Part shown: piece by piece, positions 17,476 through 27,613 of the stretch
How positions within the stretch are numbered: position 1 is the first letter of the stretch
How the letters are laid out: the number at the start of each line of letters is the position of its first letter
Assembly (NCBI GenBank): GCA_038064975.1
Contig: JBBTRX010000007.1
Coordinates: 59,026-123,025 of the forward strand
DNA from: Patescibacteria group bacterium
Lineage (GTDB): Bacteria; Patescibacteriota; Minisyncoccia; UBA6257; 1-14-0-10-40-38
Direction of reading: 5' to 3'
Length of the DNA: 64,000 nucleotides
Program-made: the position numbers and the translations under genes
Notes under the pieces: model-generated
The model's input: the letters and a program-made list of their open reading frames with translations, nothing else
Told to the model about the DNA's origin: nothing
Database searches by the model: none

Positions 17476-18809
17476 GCTTCGTGGGATAACTTTCTTAATT
17501 CTTCAATTTCTCTTTTAAGTTCAATCATTTTAAGTTCTCTTCCCACGGTAAGCCGTTGGAACCTTTCCAATTCTACGACCTTTCCTTCAAGGCCTTGCGC
17601 ATATTGCGCGAGCTTTTTTTCTAGCTGTTTACGTTCGGTGATGTCTTGACCCACGCCAATAACACCGATGATGTTGCCTTGCACATCACGGCGAGTCGTA
17701 GCGTTGAGTAGTACGTCACGGCGATCTTTGCGTTTTGTATATAAAGGGAATTCGTAGTTCGCGGTTTCCATACCCGTGAGCGCTTTGTCCAAAACTTCAC
17801 GTACAGCAGTCCTATGCTCTTCGGTGATAAATTCTTCCACGAGATTCCTACCTAACGTCTCTGCCTTCTCATAGCCGGTGATAGCAACAGCGGTGCGGTT
17901 CCACTCCGTTACGCGGCCGTTCTTGTCGATGCCGAAGATTGGAGCATTTACGGTATCAATAAAGTTTGCGAGCTCTTGGGCGATACGAGCAGATTCAACT
18001 TCAGCTTTTTTACGTTCAGTAATGTCTTGACCCACGCCAATAACACCGATGATGTTGCCTTGCACATCACGGCGAGTCGTAGCGTTGAGTAGTACGTCAC
18101 GGCGATCTTTGCGTTTTGTATATAAAGGGAATTCGTAGTTCGCGGTTTCCATACCCGTGAGCGCTTTGTCCAAAACTTCACGTACAGCAGTCCTATGCTC
18201 TTCGGTGATAAATTCTTCCACGAGATTCCTACCTAACGTCTCTGCCTTCTCATAGCCGGTGATAGCAACAGCGGTGCGGTTCCACTCCGTTACGCGGCCG
18301 TTCTTGTCGATGCCGAAGATTGGAGCATTTGCGGTATCAATAAGGTTTGTGAGCTCTTGGGCAATACGAGCAGATTCAACTTCAGCTCTTTTACGTTCAG
18401 TTATATCGCTTAACGCTACAAACGTACCGATGATCTTACCGTTCTCATCTTTTTGAACAGTGGCATTATAGAGGACGTCTGTAAATCTTTTATTGCTTGT
18501 ATGGCGGACGGTAAGCTGGTAATTTGCGATGGACCCGTCTTTGAGCGCCCGGCGATACACGGCCTGGGATTTTGCGGGTTCAGTAAAGTAGTTAGAAAAA
18601 TTAGTATCAATAATTTGCATTCTTGGAACTCCAGTTATTTTTACCGTAGCGTCATTTACGTCAATAACCCTTCCTTCCGAGTTGATAGTAATTAAAGGAT
18701 CAAGGCTCGCCTCAATAAGGCCACGAGCGTATTGCGAGGTATGGGATGAATTGTCTTTTGCGGTTTCGTGATGATGTATTTTTATAAGGGCTTTCTTTAG
18801 CATATACAT
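17472..18809 (-). CDS. Triple-PAS sensor protein; ATGA overlap with the downstream kinase
   Basis: Three PAS-like modules; the second and third are near-identical. C-terminal coiled coil. Its stop overlaps the ATG of the hybrid kinase. Confidence 0.6.
   Translation of the reverse strand: MYMLKKALIKIHHHETAKDNSSHTSQYARGLIEASLDPLITINSEGRVIDVNDATVKITGVPRMQIIDTNFSNYFTEPAKSQAVYRRALKDGSIANYQLTVRHTSNKRFTDVLYNATVQKDENGKIIGTFVALSDITERKRAEVESARIAQELTNLIDTANAPIFGIDKNGRVTEWNRTAVAITGYEKAETLGRNLVEEFITEEHRTAVREVLDKALTGMETANYEFPLYTKRKDRRDVLLNATTRRDVQGNIIGVIGVGQDITERKKAEVESARIAQELANFIDTVNAPIFGIDKNGRVTEWNRTAVAITGYEKAETLGRNLVEEFITEEHRTAVREVLDKALTGMETANYEFPLYTKRKDRRDVLLNATTRRDVQGNIIGVIGVGQDITERKQLEKKLAQYAQGLEGKVVELERFQRLTVGRELKMIELKREIEELRKLSHEA
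17625..18386. repeat. Near-perfect direct tandem duplication, 2 x 381 bp
   Basis: DNA at about 17643-18003 recurs at about 18023-18383 with a handful of mismatches. It encodes two 127-aa PAS repeats (AEVESARIAQEL...DITERK). Confidence 0.8.
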
Positions 18810-18961
18810 TAAGCACTTACACTATAGATATACGACCCGGGATATGCAAGGTCAACGATAATTCCAGGATAATTTTCTCCTTATGAAGCTCAAATGAAGA
18901 TAACCTCATCATTCTCTCTTCATGCATCTCAAACTACAGTAGTACTTTACTAAACTCATAA

Positions 18962-19342
18962 ATGGCACATAAAAAATATTCAATTCTTATCGTGGACGAC
19001 GACAAGAGTGTTGCCCATTTGATGCATACGTTAGTTCGCGGACTTGGACACGAAGCACACTGCGTCTATGACGGCAGTGAGGCGATTTCGGCATTCCGCA
19101 CCCGCAAGCCGAAGGTAATCCTCTTGGATATCGGACTCCCTACCATGGACGGCTACGAGGTCGCTCGGACCATCCGCAATCAGAATCACGAAGATCCGGT
19201 AATCATTGTGGCGGTGACCGGGTACGGTCGGAGAGTTGAAAAAATTAAGTCAGAAGAAGCCGGATTCAACTATCACCTAACCAAGCCCGTCTCCATAGAG
19301 GCGTTGAGGCATATTATTGACCCACCTGATGAAGAATTTTAA
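18962..19342 (+). CDS. Single-domain response regulator (CheY-like receiver)
   Basis: ILIVDDDKSVAHLM...LLDIGLPTMDGYEV...VTGYG. No output domain. Confidence 0.75.
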   Translation: MAHKKYSILIVDDDKSVAHLMHTLVRGLGHEAHCVYDGSEAISAFRTRKPKVILLDIGLPTMDGYEVARTIRNQNHEDPVIIVAVTGYGRRVEKIKSEEAGFNYHLTKPVSIEALRHIIDPPDEEF

Positions 19343-20115
19343 TCAGCAGAAGGAAGCTTCACTACTAAAGACGTACCATGGGTATCTCCGCTTTCAATAG
19401 AAAGCGTTCCGCGATGCCAGTCAATTATCTTTTTTGCAATAACCAGCCCTAAACCGGAACCCCGTTTTAACTCGGAATCTGTGCGAGGAAATTTCTGAAA
19501 GTTTACAAACGTAGCTGCAGGATTTTGAGAAAAGACGGACTCTCCCCCATGCTCTATGCGAAGTTCCGTAGTGCGATTCAATTTTTCAACTTTTATTTTT
19601 ACGGCTCCTCGATTAGGAACCTGCGCGAGCGCGCGTATCAAAATATTTTCAACCATTTCTTCTATATCGCTCGCGCTTCCCACGACGAGTGCTGCCTCTT
19701 TAGCAGAAACGATAATCTCCACACCGGTACCCGCAAACGCCGACTTTATCCGCTCAACGATTTTCCGTACGAGTGCAGCAAGATCTATTTTTGATTTTGA
19801 AACTTGGCGCATATCCTCGTTGAAATAGATCACCCGTAAAAGATCTTTCATGGTTTGTGCCATGAGATCTACTTCTTGATTCATATCCTTAATATAGGCT
19901 TCCAAAAGCTTTGCCGGACCAGCAGGCATACCTTTATGCTCATACAAGAGAACTTCCGAGCCTGATTTAATGATCGCAAGTGAGGAAGAAATTTCGTGCA
20001 GCATATCGCCTATCATTTTCTTCTGATGTTTCATCGCGGCCTGAAATCTCAGAAACAAAACAATATAGGCGATAAGAAGAGTAATTGCTATCCCGAAAAA
20101 AAGTAATGAAGTCAT
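19339..20115 (-). CDS. Sensor histidine kinase (single N-terminal TM)
   Basis: N-terminal TM. H-box region. HATPase G-box GSGLGLVIAKKIIDWHRGTLSIES. Confidence 0.65.
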   Translation of the reverse strand: MTSLLFFGIAITLLIAYIVLFLRFQAAMKHQKKMIGDMLHEISSSLAIIKSGSEVLLYEHKGMPAGPAKLLEAYIKDMNQEVDLMAQTMKDLLRVIYFNEDMRQVSKSKIDLAALVRKIVERIKSAFAGTGVEIIVSAKEAALVVGSASDIEEMVENILIRALAQVPNRGAVKIKVEKLNRTTELRIEHGGESVFSQNPAATFVNFQKFPRTDSELKRGSGLGLVIAKKIIDWHRGTLSIESGDTHGTSLVVKLPSAD

Positions 20116-20164
20116 GCGAGGTTTCTCAATAGAATGTTCCGCTTTCCTTAGAAATTTAAATTTC

Positions 20165-20845
20165 TTATCCTTTCAAACGATACCCCACTCCCTGAATGGT
20201 TTCAATGAAATCGCGATGATCTCCTTTCGCTTTGAGTTTCTTGCGCAAATTTTTAACGTGGACGTCGATAACGTTGCTAAAATTATTTGAATTAAAATCC
20301 CACAACTGGCTATAGATCTGCTCGCGGTTCAGCACCTGATTAGGATGCCGCATAAAATATTCCAACAAACTAAACTCTTTCAAGGTAAGAGAAACTTCTT
20401 CCCTATCCAGGAAAACGCGCCGGCTCGCGGTATCCAGCACTAAATTATCTATAGAAAGTTGAGGAGGTAATACTTGATCCGGCCGCCGTAGGAGCGCCCG
20501 AATGCGGGCGAGTAATTCGTCAATTGAAAAAGGCTTCGTAAGATAATCATCGGCACCCAAATCAAGCGCCTGTACTTTATCTTTCATGGTGTGAAGCGCT
20601 GTAAGAACAATGACGGGAAGTTTAATATTTTTTTCCCGAATCTCTTGCATCACTTCAAAACCAGTTTTCTGAGGAAGCATAAGATCTATAATTGCCAAAT
20701 CATATTCTTCGCGGTGAAGCGCGAGGCGCCGCTCCCCAACATCCCCGTCTAACACATAGTCCACGGTGTGGCCATGCTGTTCCAAACCCTGCTTTAACGA
20801 CCGAACCAATTTTTCTTCGTCCTCTATGATAAGAATCCTCGCCAT
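20165..20845 (-). CDS. OmpR-family response regulator
   Basis: Receiver (ILIIEDEEKL...DLMLPQKTGFEV) plus winged-helix output (LTLKEFSLLEYFMRHPNQVLNREQIYSQLW). Confidence 0.8.
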   Translation of the reverse strand: MARILIIEDEEKLVRSLKQGLEQHGHTVDYVLDGDVGERRLALHREEYDLAIIDLMLPQKTGFEVMQEIREKNIKLPVIVLTALHTMKDKVQALDLGADDYLTKPFSIDELLARIRALLRRPDQVLPPQLSIDNLVLDTASRRVFLDREEVSLTLKEFSLLEYFMRHPNQVLNREQIYSQLWDFNSNNFSNVIDVHVKNLRKKLKAKGDHRDFIETIQGVGYRLKG

Positions 20846-21222
20846 GATTTTTTAATGTCCCCGCTTTGGGAAGAAATATCCTCCCTAGCCATGAGTAATT
20901 TTTAATAATTCACATTATTCCCTGAATTGGGAATGCAGTGATGCTTTTTGAATGATAAAGCCTTGAAAATGAAGGCTTCATGAAGAACGATGAAGATAGA
21001 TTTTATAAGCCATTTTGCTTATCTTTATCGCAAAATGTTTTTTTCAAAAACACCTTTTTTCCCCATGTTCATGATTCACTAACGTTTCACTCGTAAGCCT
21101 CTAAAATGCATAGGTCGCTCGTTGCGTGAAGCATATACCCCACTTCAGATATACGCAATGCGACTGCGCAAGAAAACTAGGCGCACAAAGGTCGACATCA
21201 TAAACCTAACCATATAAACATT

Positions 21223-21435
21223 ATGAATATAACTAATAATAAAGATGACATTAAGCAAGGTGGTCAGGGAGGTTCTCACGAAGGCGGAGGCTCACGAGAA
21301 CGAGGGGGTTCTGATGACAGTGATTCCCGCGAAAAAGGAGGTGGAGGATCACGCGAGAAAGGCGATGATTCTAGCGAACGAGGGAGTGGCTCACGGGAAC
21401 GGGGAGGTTCGGATCGCGGAGGAAGTTCTCGGTAA
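21223..21435 (+). CDS. Gly/Ser/Arg/Glu-rich low-complexity small protein, KGG-repeat-like
   Basis: Repeats of GGS(R/H)E(K/R)GG. DNA is a degenerate period of about 45 nt. Frame choice uncertain (alternative ORF 21245..21475). No clear SD. Confidence 0.3.
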   Translation: MNITNNKDDIKQGGQGGSHEGGGSRERGGSDDSDSREKGGGGSREKGDDSSERGSGSRERGGSDRGGSSR

Positions 21436-21697
21436 CATCTATTACTCTCTCCCCGAGGCAACAACCCGCGACTAAAACTGACCACGGCCTGGTATGTGGC
21501 ATGTGGAAAAGAGGAAAAAAGGATATCTAAAATAGCAGAATGGCCATAAGACGCGATAAAAAACTATTATCGCGCCGCCCCCGACATCCTCATGATTGCC
21601 ATAACCACATACTGAGAGATTCACGGCAACCCATAGTACAAACAATATCCGCCCATATGGGCGGATATTGTTTGTAAAGAATTGTACAACCCTACGA

Positions 21698-23332
21698 TTA
21701 GAGAGAAAGAACTTTGTAATCCGTAACTTCAACATCCATAAAATCAGTGCGAATTCCGAGACCGTGACTTCCGGTAACCGGCGTACCGCCTGTTGCGCCC
21801 GTATCAAGAGCTTGAGCAATAAGCGTCCACGTTCCTGTTTTGCCCTGATCCATATAGAGTTTAATGTCTACGCCAGCTGGTGTATCTTTCACTATAGTTT
21901 TTATGCCTAGCCACTGGTTATGCGGAAGAAGATTAGGATTGGTCGTTGCGTTGTACGTGCCGGGAAAGACCGTTGCAAACGCAAGCGAAGTATATGTCCC
22001 ATTTCTTTTTTTCTTGATTACTGCCTTGCCGTCAACGCGAAGGCCGGCGTAATAGAGATTTTGCCCATCTTGATAACGATTAAAGAGTAGAAGCGCATTA
22101 TGTTCAGCTTGATTCGGACTGTTGCTTAGATTATCGGCAACGATATTAAAATATGCTGACTGCTCGTAATTCTGCCAAAACTTCTTTGTAACGAGCCGAA
22201 AGATATTTTGGGGATAGAAACCGTTGTCGGTATCTATAGGATTGTTCGCAGCGTAGAGTAATTTCCAGGGATCATTCGCGGGAAGACTCCCGATAATCGT
22301 GCGGCCTACGCCGTTTGCAATATTAAAGTAAGCTCCAGAATTTACCCACCACTCCGCATCAGCGCTCTGAGAAGGAGACGAAGCTTCTATAACGGTCCGG
22401 TTAGTAGAAAGCCCATAGAGAGAACCATCACCTCCACCGTTGCCTCCACTACCACTACTGCCGGATGCGGGCCCTCCTACCAAACGATAGGTGTCCATTT
22501 CTATATCCATGAAGTCACTTCGGATGGCAGGCTTTCCTTCCGCGGTAATGGGAGCGCCATATTTTGAACCGTCATCAAGCGCTTCCGCGACAAGTTTCCA
22601 CGTGCCAGTATTGCCTTGGTCAAGATAGAGTTTCACGCGAACCGCGCCCGAGGTTTCGGTTAATGTTTCTGTCCTCAAACCCATCCAGGTATTTATAGGA
22701 ATAAGGTTCGGCGTCGTTGCCGCATTATACGTACCCGGGAAAACTTTTGAAGAAGCCATCGTGTAGTACGTATTGCCTAATTTCTTTTTAATCACAACTC
22801 CTCCATCCATCCGGATACCTGCGTAGTAGAAAATTTCGTTATTTTGGTAACGCGAAATAAGAGAGATGCCATGATAGGGCTTACGATTTGTGGCATTATC
22901 AAGATTATCGCCTTTGATTCGTGCATAGATTGACTGATCAATATTTTGCCATTTGGTTCGAAAGAAGACTTGAAAGAGATTCTGAGGATGAAAGCCATTA
23001 TCGCTTGCTTGCGGCTGGGAAGCTGCATATATCGCCTTCCACGGATCATTCGCGGGAAGATCTCCTGAAATAGTTTTGCCTACGCCGCCGCTTAATATGA
23101 AGCGGCCACCGGAGGGAAGCCACCAATAAGGACTAGTACTTTGATTCTCTGTATTTGTCTGAACAAGAGTGCCGTTTATATTAAAATTATATGTAAACGG
23201 CGATGTTACTGTTGCCGCCTCACTCGCTTGCACTTCCGTTGTAAGAGTTCGGGAAGGGAACAGGGTTACAGTCGCGATTGCCACAACTAAAGCAATCTTT
23301 CCGAAAAACGCTGCAGAATTTCTAATAATCAT
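21698..23332 (-). CDS. Secreted protein with two tandem jelly-roll (DUF1080/ConA-like lectin-glucanase-like) modules
   Basis: Signal peptide. Internal duplication (WW.NSG...LP.NDPW...NGF.PQN.F...RYQ...YYAG.R.DG..VIKKK...NL.P.N.W.G...G.GIR.DFMD.E) joined by a Gly/Ser linker. Confidence 0.5.
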   Translation of the reverse strand: MIIRNSAAFFGKIALVVAIATVTLFPSRTLTTEVQASEAATVTSPFTYNFNINGTLVQTNTENQSTSPYWWLPSGGRFILSGGVGKTISGDLPANDPWKAIYAASQPQASDNGFHPQNLFQVFFRTKWQNIDQSIYARIKGDNLDNATNRKPYHGISLISRYQNNEIFYYAGIRMDGGVVIKKKLGNTYYTMASSKVFPGTYNAATTPNLIPINTWMGLRTETLTETSGAVRVKLYLDQGNTGTWKLVAEALDDGSKYGAPITAEGKPAIRSDFMDIEMDTYRLVGGPASGSSGSGGNGGGDGSLYGLSTNRTVIEASSPSQSADAEWWVNSGAYFNIANGVGRTIIGSLPANDPWKLLYAANNPIDTDNGFYPQNIFRLVTKKFWQNYEQSAYFNIVADNLSNSPNQAEHNALLLFNRYQDGQNLYYAGLRVDGKAVIKKKRNGTYTSLAFATVFPGTYNATTNPNLLPHNQWLGIKTIVKDTPAGVDIKLYMDQGKTGTWTLIAQALDTGATGGTPVTGSHGLGIRTDFMDVEVTDYKVLSL

Positions 23333-23574
23333 ACGAATAAACTCGGCTCTTTGATAAAAACCTAGAGAAACTCTTTGTTAGAGAGTACTAATCCCGGTAG
23401 AAAGAGAAGTCCGATACTACAGAATTAATTTGTTTTTATTATTAATGCGCGCGTGCTGTCCTCCAAAGGTTTGCGACAATTATTCCTAGGGGAACCTAAG
23501 TACCCTAGCAAGAAGAAATGAAGTGCAAGCCATGATATGTGGATAACTTATGAAGGATTTTTTAGAATATCAAA

Positions 23575-23603
23575 AAACCCCTATTGTATAGGGGTTTTTT
23601 GGT
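23575..23603 (-). terminator. Hairpin terminator between the CBM-CE4 gene and the two-lectin gene
   Basis: AAAAAACCCCTATTGTATAGGGGTTTTTTGG; symmetric. Confidence 0.55.
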
Positions 23604-23627
23604 CTACTTCAATGATCTATTTCTTCA

Positions 23628-24887
23628 TTAACGCTTCATAATTTTAGTGCCTTCCGCAACAGTAACGACCGGAACGTTATTTGCTTTTATGTAGTCGGTA
23701 ATTTCCTGAAGCATCGCCGGAGTGGTGCTATAAGGGCCACCGGTAGTATCAATATTATGGAATACTAAGATCTGCCAGCGTTTATTCTTAACAGCATCGT
23801 CTATCCATCCTTTGACCTGCGTCATTGTTACACCAGTCTGGACAGCTCTCCGCTCCAAAAGAAGCGGATCCTCGTTTTTATCCGTCACTCCTCCGTTTGA
23901 GGTTCGTGTTCCTTCGTAAATTTGTTTTACTAAAGCGTTTGTCACCCTATTATAGGCACCGAAAGGATACACAAACGTTGTAACGGAGCGAACCCCAATC
24001 GCGAGAAGATCTTCGCGAGAACCCGCAATTTCTGAATGCAGTTCAGATTGCGAAAGCGTTGTCAGATCTTTATGCGTTCGTGAGTGCGATCCGATTTCAT
24101 GTCCGGCTGCCTGCATGTTGAGCACTTCCTGTTGATTCACATATCCGGGAAATCCAAAGTTTTTGGTGATAATATAGAAGCTCGCTTTGAGTCCCGCATC
24201 GGTTATGATCGGAAATCCATAGTCATATGCGTTTCTATGTCCATCGTCAAAATTCAACGAAATCATGCCGGTCGGAAATTTTGACGGATCAGCGTCAGCT
24301 GTTTCGGCAAAACTATAATTATCAACTGTGAGAGATCCGACGCTTTTGATTACGTGGAAAACGCTGATACTTGTAACATCCGCTGGCATCGTGAAGACTT
24401 TTACAAACTGTTGCCAGTCCGCCGAAGCTTCTGGCTTTCCGATATCCATATATTGGAATGTGCCGTTCGTCTTCGTTAAACGCACCGTTAGGTAACTCTG
24501 AACGTTAGAGTTATAGTAGTTGGAGAATTTATAAACCTTGCCCGAGACTACCGGTACGTCCGTGAAATACCATTTTGCATCACCGGTCGTATAATTCGTA
24601 ATTTCAACTTTTGCTGCTTTCTCACTGTTATATCCGGGACTCACGGGATAGGTAAATACTCTCGTATTGCTTCCCCATCCGCCCTTCGCCCAGTTAGCAG
24701 GATTGCCGTTGGCGGCAGCTGTTTCAAACGAAGGATTCTGGATAAGATTAGCCGCATCCTCTGCTGCATCAGCGCTCATGGGATGCAAGCTCACGGAAGA
24801 AATTATTGCTACTACGAAAGCACTGGCGATCGCGCGCCATGCCGCGGTTTTAAGAAATCTGGTGAGTGGTGTATATATACTTCTCAT
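23628..24887 (-). CDS. Secreted CBM-like domain plus polysaccharide deacetylase (CE4/NodB homology)
   Basis: Signal peptide. N-terminal beta-sandwich CBM4/9-like block (NLIQNPSFE...NYSF). C-terminal NodB motifs ISLNFDDGH...HEIGSHSRTHKDL. Confidence 0.65.
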   Translation of the reverse strand: MRSIYTPLTRFLKTAAWRAIASAFVVAIISSVSLHPMSADAAEDAANLIQNPSFETAAANGNPANWAKGGWGSNTRVFTYPVSPGYNSEKAAKVEITNYTTGDAKWYFTDVPVVSGKVYKFSNYYNSNVQSYLTVRLTKTNGTFQYMDIGKPEASADWQQFVKVFTMPADVTSISVFHVIKSVGSLTVDNYSFAETADADPSKFPTGMISLNFDDGHRNAYDYGFPIITDAGLKASFYIITKNFGFPGYVNQQEVLNMQAAGHEIGSHSRTHKDLTTLSQSELHSEIAGSREDLLAIGVRSVTTFVYPFGAYNRVTNALVKQIYEGTRTSNGGVTDKNEDPLLLERRAVQTGVTMTQVKGWIDDAVKNKRWQILVFHNIDTTGGPYSTTPAMLQEITDYIKANNVPVVTVAEGTKIMKR

Positions 24888-24972
24888 AGTGGTAATGGAA
24901 TGTGATTAGTTATCTTGGATTATGAAACTCATTATTTTCTTAAGCATAGTGATAAGAAAATCGTAAACGAAG

Positions 24973-25977
24973 CTACCCTCCAGGGTCGCTAAAGACCATC
25001 TGCCTAAATTCTAGATCCATAAAATCAGATCGGATTCCCGCGTGACCCGATTCCAAAATTGGAGAGCCCGTATCTGACTTCTCGCTGTCCTCAATGGTAA
25101 GTACTTGGACCCACTCTCCCTTATTCTCCTTATCTAATGAAAGCGTGATACGGACAGTGCCATTATCTGTATCCTCCACTCTACTCATGATTCCTATCCA
25201 GCTGTTTTGTGGAAGAAGATTCTCTCCCGTTCCGCTCCACTCCGGTTTGTACGCGAGTGTGTAATATTTCCCGTTTAATTTTTTCTTGATAACGGCAGCG
25301 CCATCAACACGAATACCAGCCAGATATAATGTAGCTTCGCTCTGGTAACGCCCCAATAGGAATATTCCATTTGAATCGTTTCTATTCGGACTTGGCGTTT
25401 CGTTGTAGGAAAGGATCCTCACGTACATCTTTTCTTCAACGTTTTTCCACGTATCCCGTGTAAGTAGGCGGAATAAATTTTGCGGACGATAACCCTGATC
25501 AGTATCAATAGGATTTGTAGACGAATATGCCCTCCTCCATGGAGATGCTTCGGGTAATGTGCCGGTATTTGTTCTCACGATGTCGCCGTCAATTTCAAAA
25601 AGAGCTCCTGAATTTAACCACCACATCGAATTTACACTTTTCTCTTCAATTTCTGTTTCTTCTATGACGTTCGCTCTAAGTATTGGTACTACAGAAACAG
25701 TGGAAGCTGCCTCAGGTTGCTTAGCCACCGGAACTTGCTGGATTGGAATTTGTTGATTGGTAATTTTTGCTAGTGCGGTTTTTTTGATTTGAGACTCCTC
25801 AGCAGTAGAAACTTGTGATTTAACTCCTTCTTCAACTGGCTTATTTGAAGGTGCAGCACTATGACTAACCGAATTACTGCGCGGTGCTTTAAAAAACATA
25901 CCGGCCGCCGTAAGCAGGAAAAAGAATATGAGGAGTGGAAGAATTACAACAAATGATCTGGTTCTTTTCATATGCAT
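24973..25977 (-). CDS. Secreted jelly-roll lectin-like (DUF1080-like) protein, paralog of the 21698..23332 modules
   Basis: TM/signal, Ser/Pro/Gln-rich linker, then MWWLNSG...LPEASPW...PQNLFRL...GRYQ...YLAGIRVDGAAVIKKK...GIRSDFMDLEF. Confidence 0.5.
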   Translation of the reverse strand: MHMKRTRSFVVILPLLIFFFLLTAAGMFFKAPRSNSVSHSAAPSNKPVEEGVKSQVSTAEESQIKKTALAKITNQQIPIQQVPVAKQPEAASTVSVVPILRANVIEETEIEEKSVNSMWWLNSGALFEIDGDIVRTNTGTLPEASPWRRAYSSTNPIDTDQGYRPQNLFRLLTRDTWKNVEEKMYVRILSYNETPSPNRNDSNGIFLLGRYQSEATLYLAGIRVDGAAVIKKKLNGKYYTLAYKPEWSGTGENLLPQNSWIGIMSRVEDTDNGTVRITLSLDKENKGEWVQVLTIEDSEKSDTGSPILESGHAGIRSDFMDLEFRQMVFSDPGG

Positions 25978-25985
25978 AGATGAAA

Positions 25986-27608
25986 TTAAAGTAATTCTTG
26001 GACGCTCACATCACGGATGATGAGCTCGCTATTATTAAACTCAGCGTCCCACGTTTTAAACCCTATGCCGCCTTCGCTCAGGCTCTCGTCCAAAAATTCC
26101 GTTGCCACGAGAACTTCGCCGTTCAGCAAACATTCAATAGTCCGACCATGTGCGCGCATGCCAATTTCAAACCCTTCTTCGGGGAATATATTATCGTGAG
26201 TTTCTCCGCGAATAACTTTCACCTTGCCGCCTCCTACAACCTGTTCAACATGAACGAGAGACTTTCCAAAATTGCATGCCGCATAATTGCCACTGTCTTG
26301 CACGCGACCCCAGAGATAAATATTGCTGCCTTTTGGCCACACGACGTCAGCTTTAACTTCGTAATTTTTCCAGAGACGCGATCCGTCCAAAATTGCCACG
26401 CTCCCCGACCCTTCAGAGCGCGCGGCGAGCCGCAATCGCGAAGGGAAAAATTCCACAACCCCCCAGTTCGTGCTTGCCCAGCCACGATCAGTAGAAAAAT
26501 TATCATGATGAGGAAGAGGTTTTGCAGCGCCCGTTTCTAGAACGTGGAGCAATTTCTCTCCTGTCCAATTTGCGTCCACGCCGATACGTTTTACTAATGT
26601 CCCCTCATCGCTCCCGCCGACGCTTCCTCCAGTATAAATTTGGCTGTAAAAATAGTTCTGGCTGTAAATTTTCCCCGTTGCAAATTGGAAAAATAAAATA
26701 GAATATATCTGCCGCGCCCGTTCAATCACGATACCGGCAACTTCCGGAAAATTAACGGTTCGTTCTCCAAAGTCACCAAATGGAAACGCAAAGCTTATAA
26801 TCGGTTTATCCAATAAGTTTTCCAGACGCTTACGGGAATCAATTAAATCTTTAGTTATGCGCGCAGTAAATTCATCGCTCTCCTCCAGGCGCCCACCGCT
26901 TATAAGCTCTGGCTGCGAAAGCCAACGGAGATTGCTAAAAAACGGAGCGCTCTCGCCCTGGTTATCAATCTCAATACTTCCATGGCCATTCACGCTATGT
27001 GATCCAATTGTCCATCTGCCGCTCCTTTCCATTTGTTCAATTTCTCTTGAACTAAGATAATAACTGCTTTTTTTGAGGTCTAACGTGTTCGTAATAATGA
27101 AGATCGTTGCTTCATAGTTCAGCGCTTTTAAAATGGGATCCACAGGGTAATAACTGTCTTTTCTGCCATCATCAAATGTAAGGAGAAATGATTTGGTTGG
27201 CAGATTTTTATTCCCTTTCAAAAAATCATAAAAATCTTCCAAGCTCACCGTTTCATAGCCTGCGCTTTTCAGCGTGAACATGTGTTCCCTGAATCTGCTG
27301 ATATTAATATTTTCATCGTCAGCTTCTTCCATTACACCGTGATACAGAAGGACGGGAACGGAAAGCGTTGGAGAAAAATGGTACGTAACGTTATACGAAG
27401 GGAATAAGCTTTTGGGATCTCCAAAAATACCTGAAGCTAAAGCATAGTCATAGGTCGGCAAATATACTTCCGTAAGATATGAAAGGCGCAAATTTGAAAA
27501 CCAATGTTCGCGCACATAAAACCCGTATACTAACGCTCCTTGGATCGCCAGCATACAAATAAAAATAGCTAGGTTTTTGTATTTAAGTCGTAATCTCGTG
27601 GTATTCAT
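25986..27608 (-). CDS. Membrane-anchored polysaccharide deacetylase (CE4, PgaB/IcaB-like) with C-terminal DUF1080-like lectin domain
   Basis: N-terminal TM. VPVLLYHGV...FLLTFDDGRKDSY...GSHSVNGH NodB blocks. C-terminal jelly-roll (...GGIGFKTWDAEF...IIRDVSV). Start taken at the Met 6 nt after the GT2 stop; the longer ORF to 27704 would overlap GT2 by 90 nt. Confidence 0.6.
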   Translation of the reverse strand: MNTTRLRLKYKNLAIFICMLAIQGALVYGFYVREHWFSNLRLSYLTEVYLPTYDYALASGIFGDPKSLFPSYNVTYHFSPTLSVPVLLYHGVMEEADDENINISRFREHMFTLKSAGYETVSLEDFYDFLKGNKNLPTKSFLLTFDDGRKDSYYPVDPILKALNYEATIFIITNTLDLKKSSYYLSSREIEQMERSGRWTIGSHSVNGHGSIEIDNQGESAPFFSNLRWLSQPELISGGRLEESDEFTARITKDLIDSRKRLENLLDKPIISFAFPFGDFGERTVNFPEVAGIVIERARQIYSILFFQFATGKIYSQNYFYSQIYTGGSVGGSDEGTLVKRIGVDANWTGEKLLHVLETGAAKPLPHHDNFSTDRGWASTNWGVVEFFPSRLRLAARSEGSGSVAILDGSRLWKNYEVKADVVWPKGSNIYLWGRVQDSGNYAACNFGKSLVHVEQVVGGGKVKVIRGETHDNIFPEEGFEIGMRAHGRTIECLLNGEVLVATEFLDESLSEGGIGFKTWDAEFNNSELIIRDVSVQELL

Positions 27609-27613
27609 ACTTT

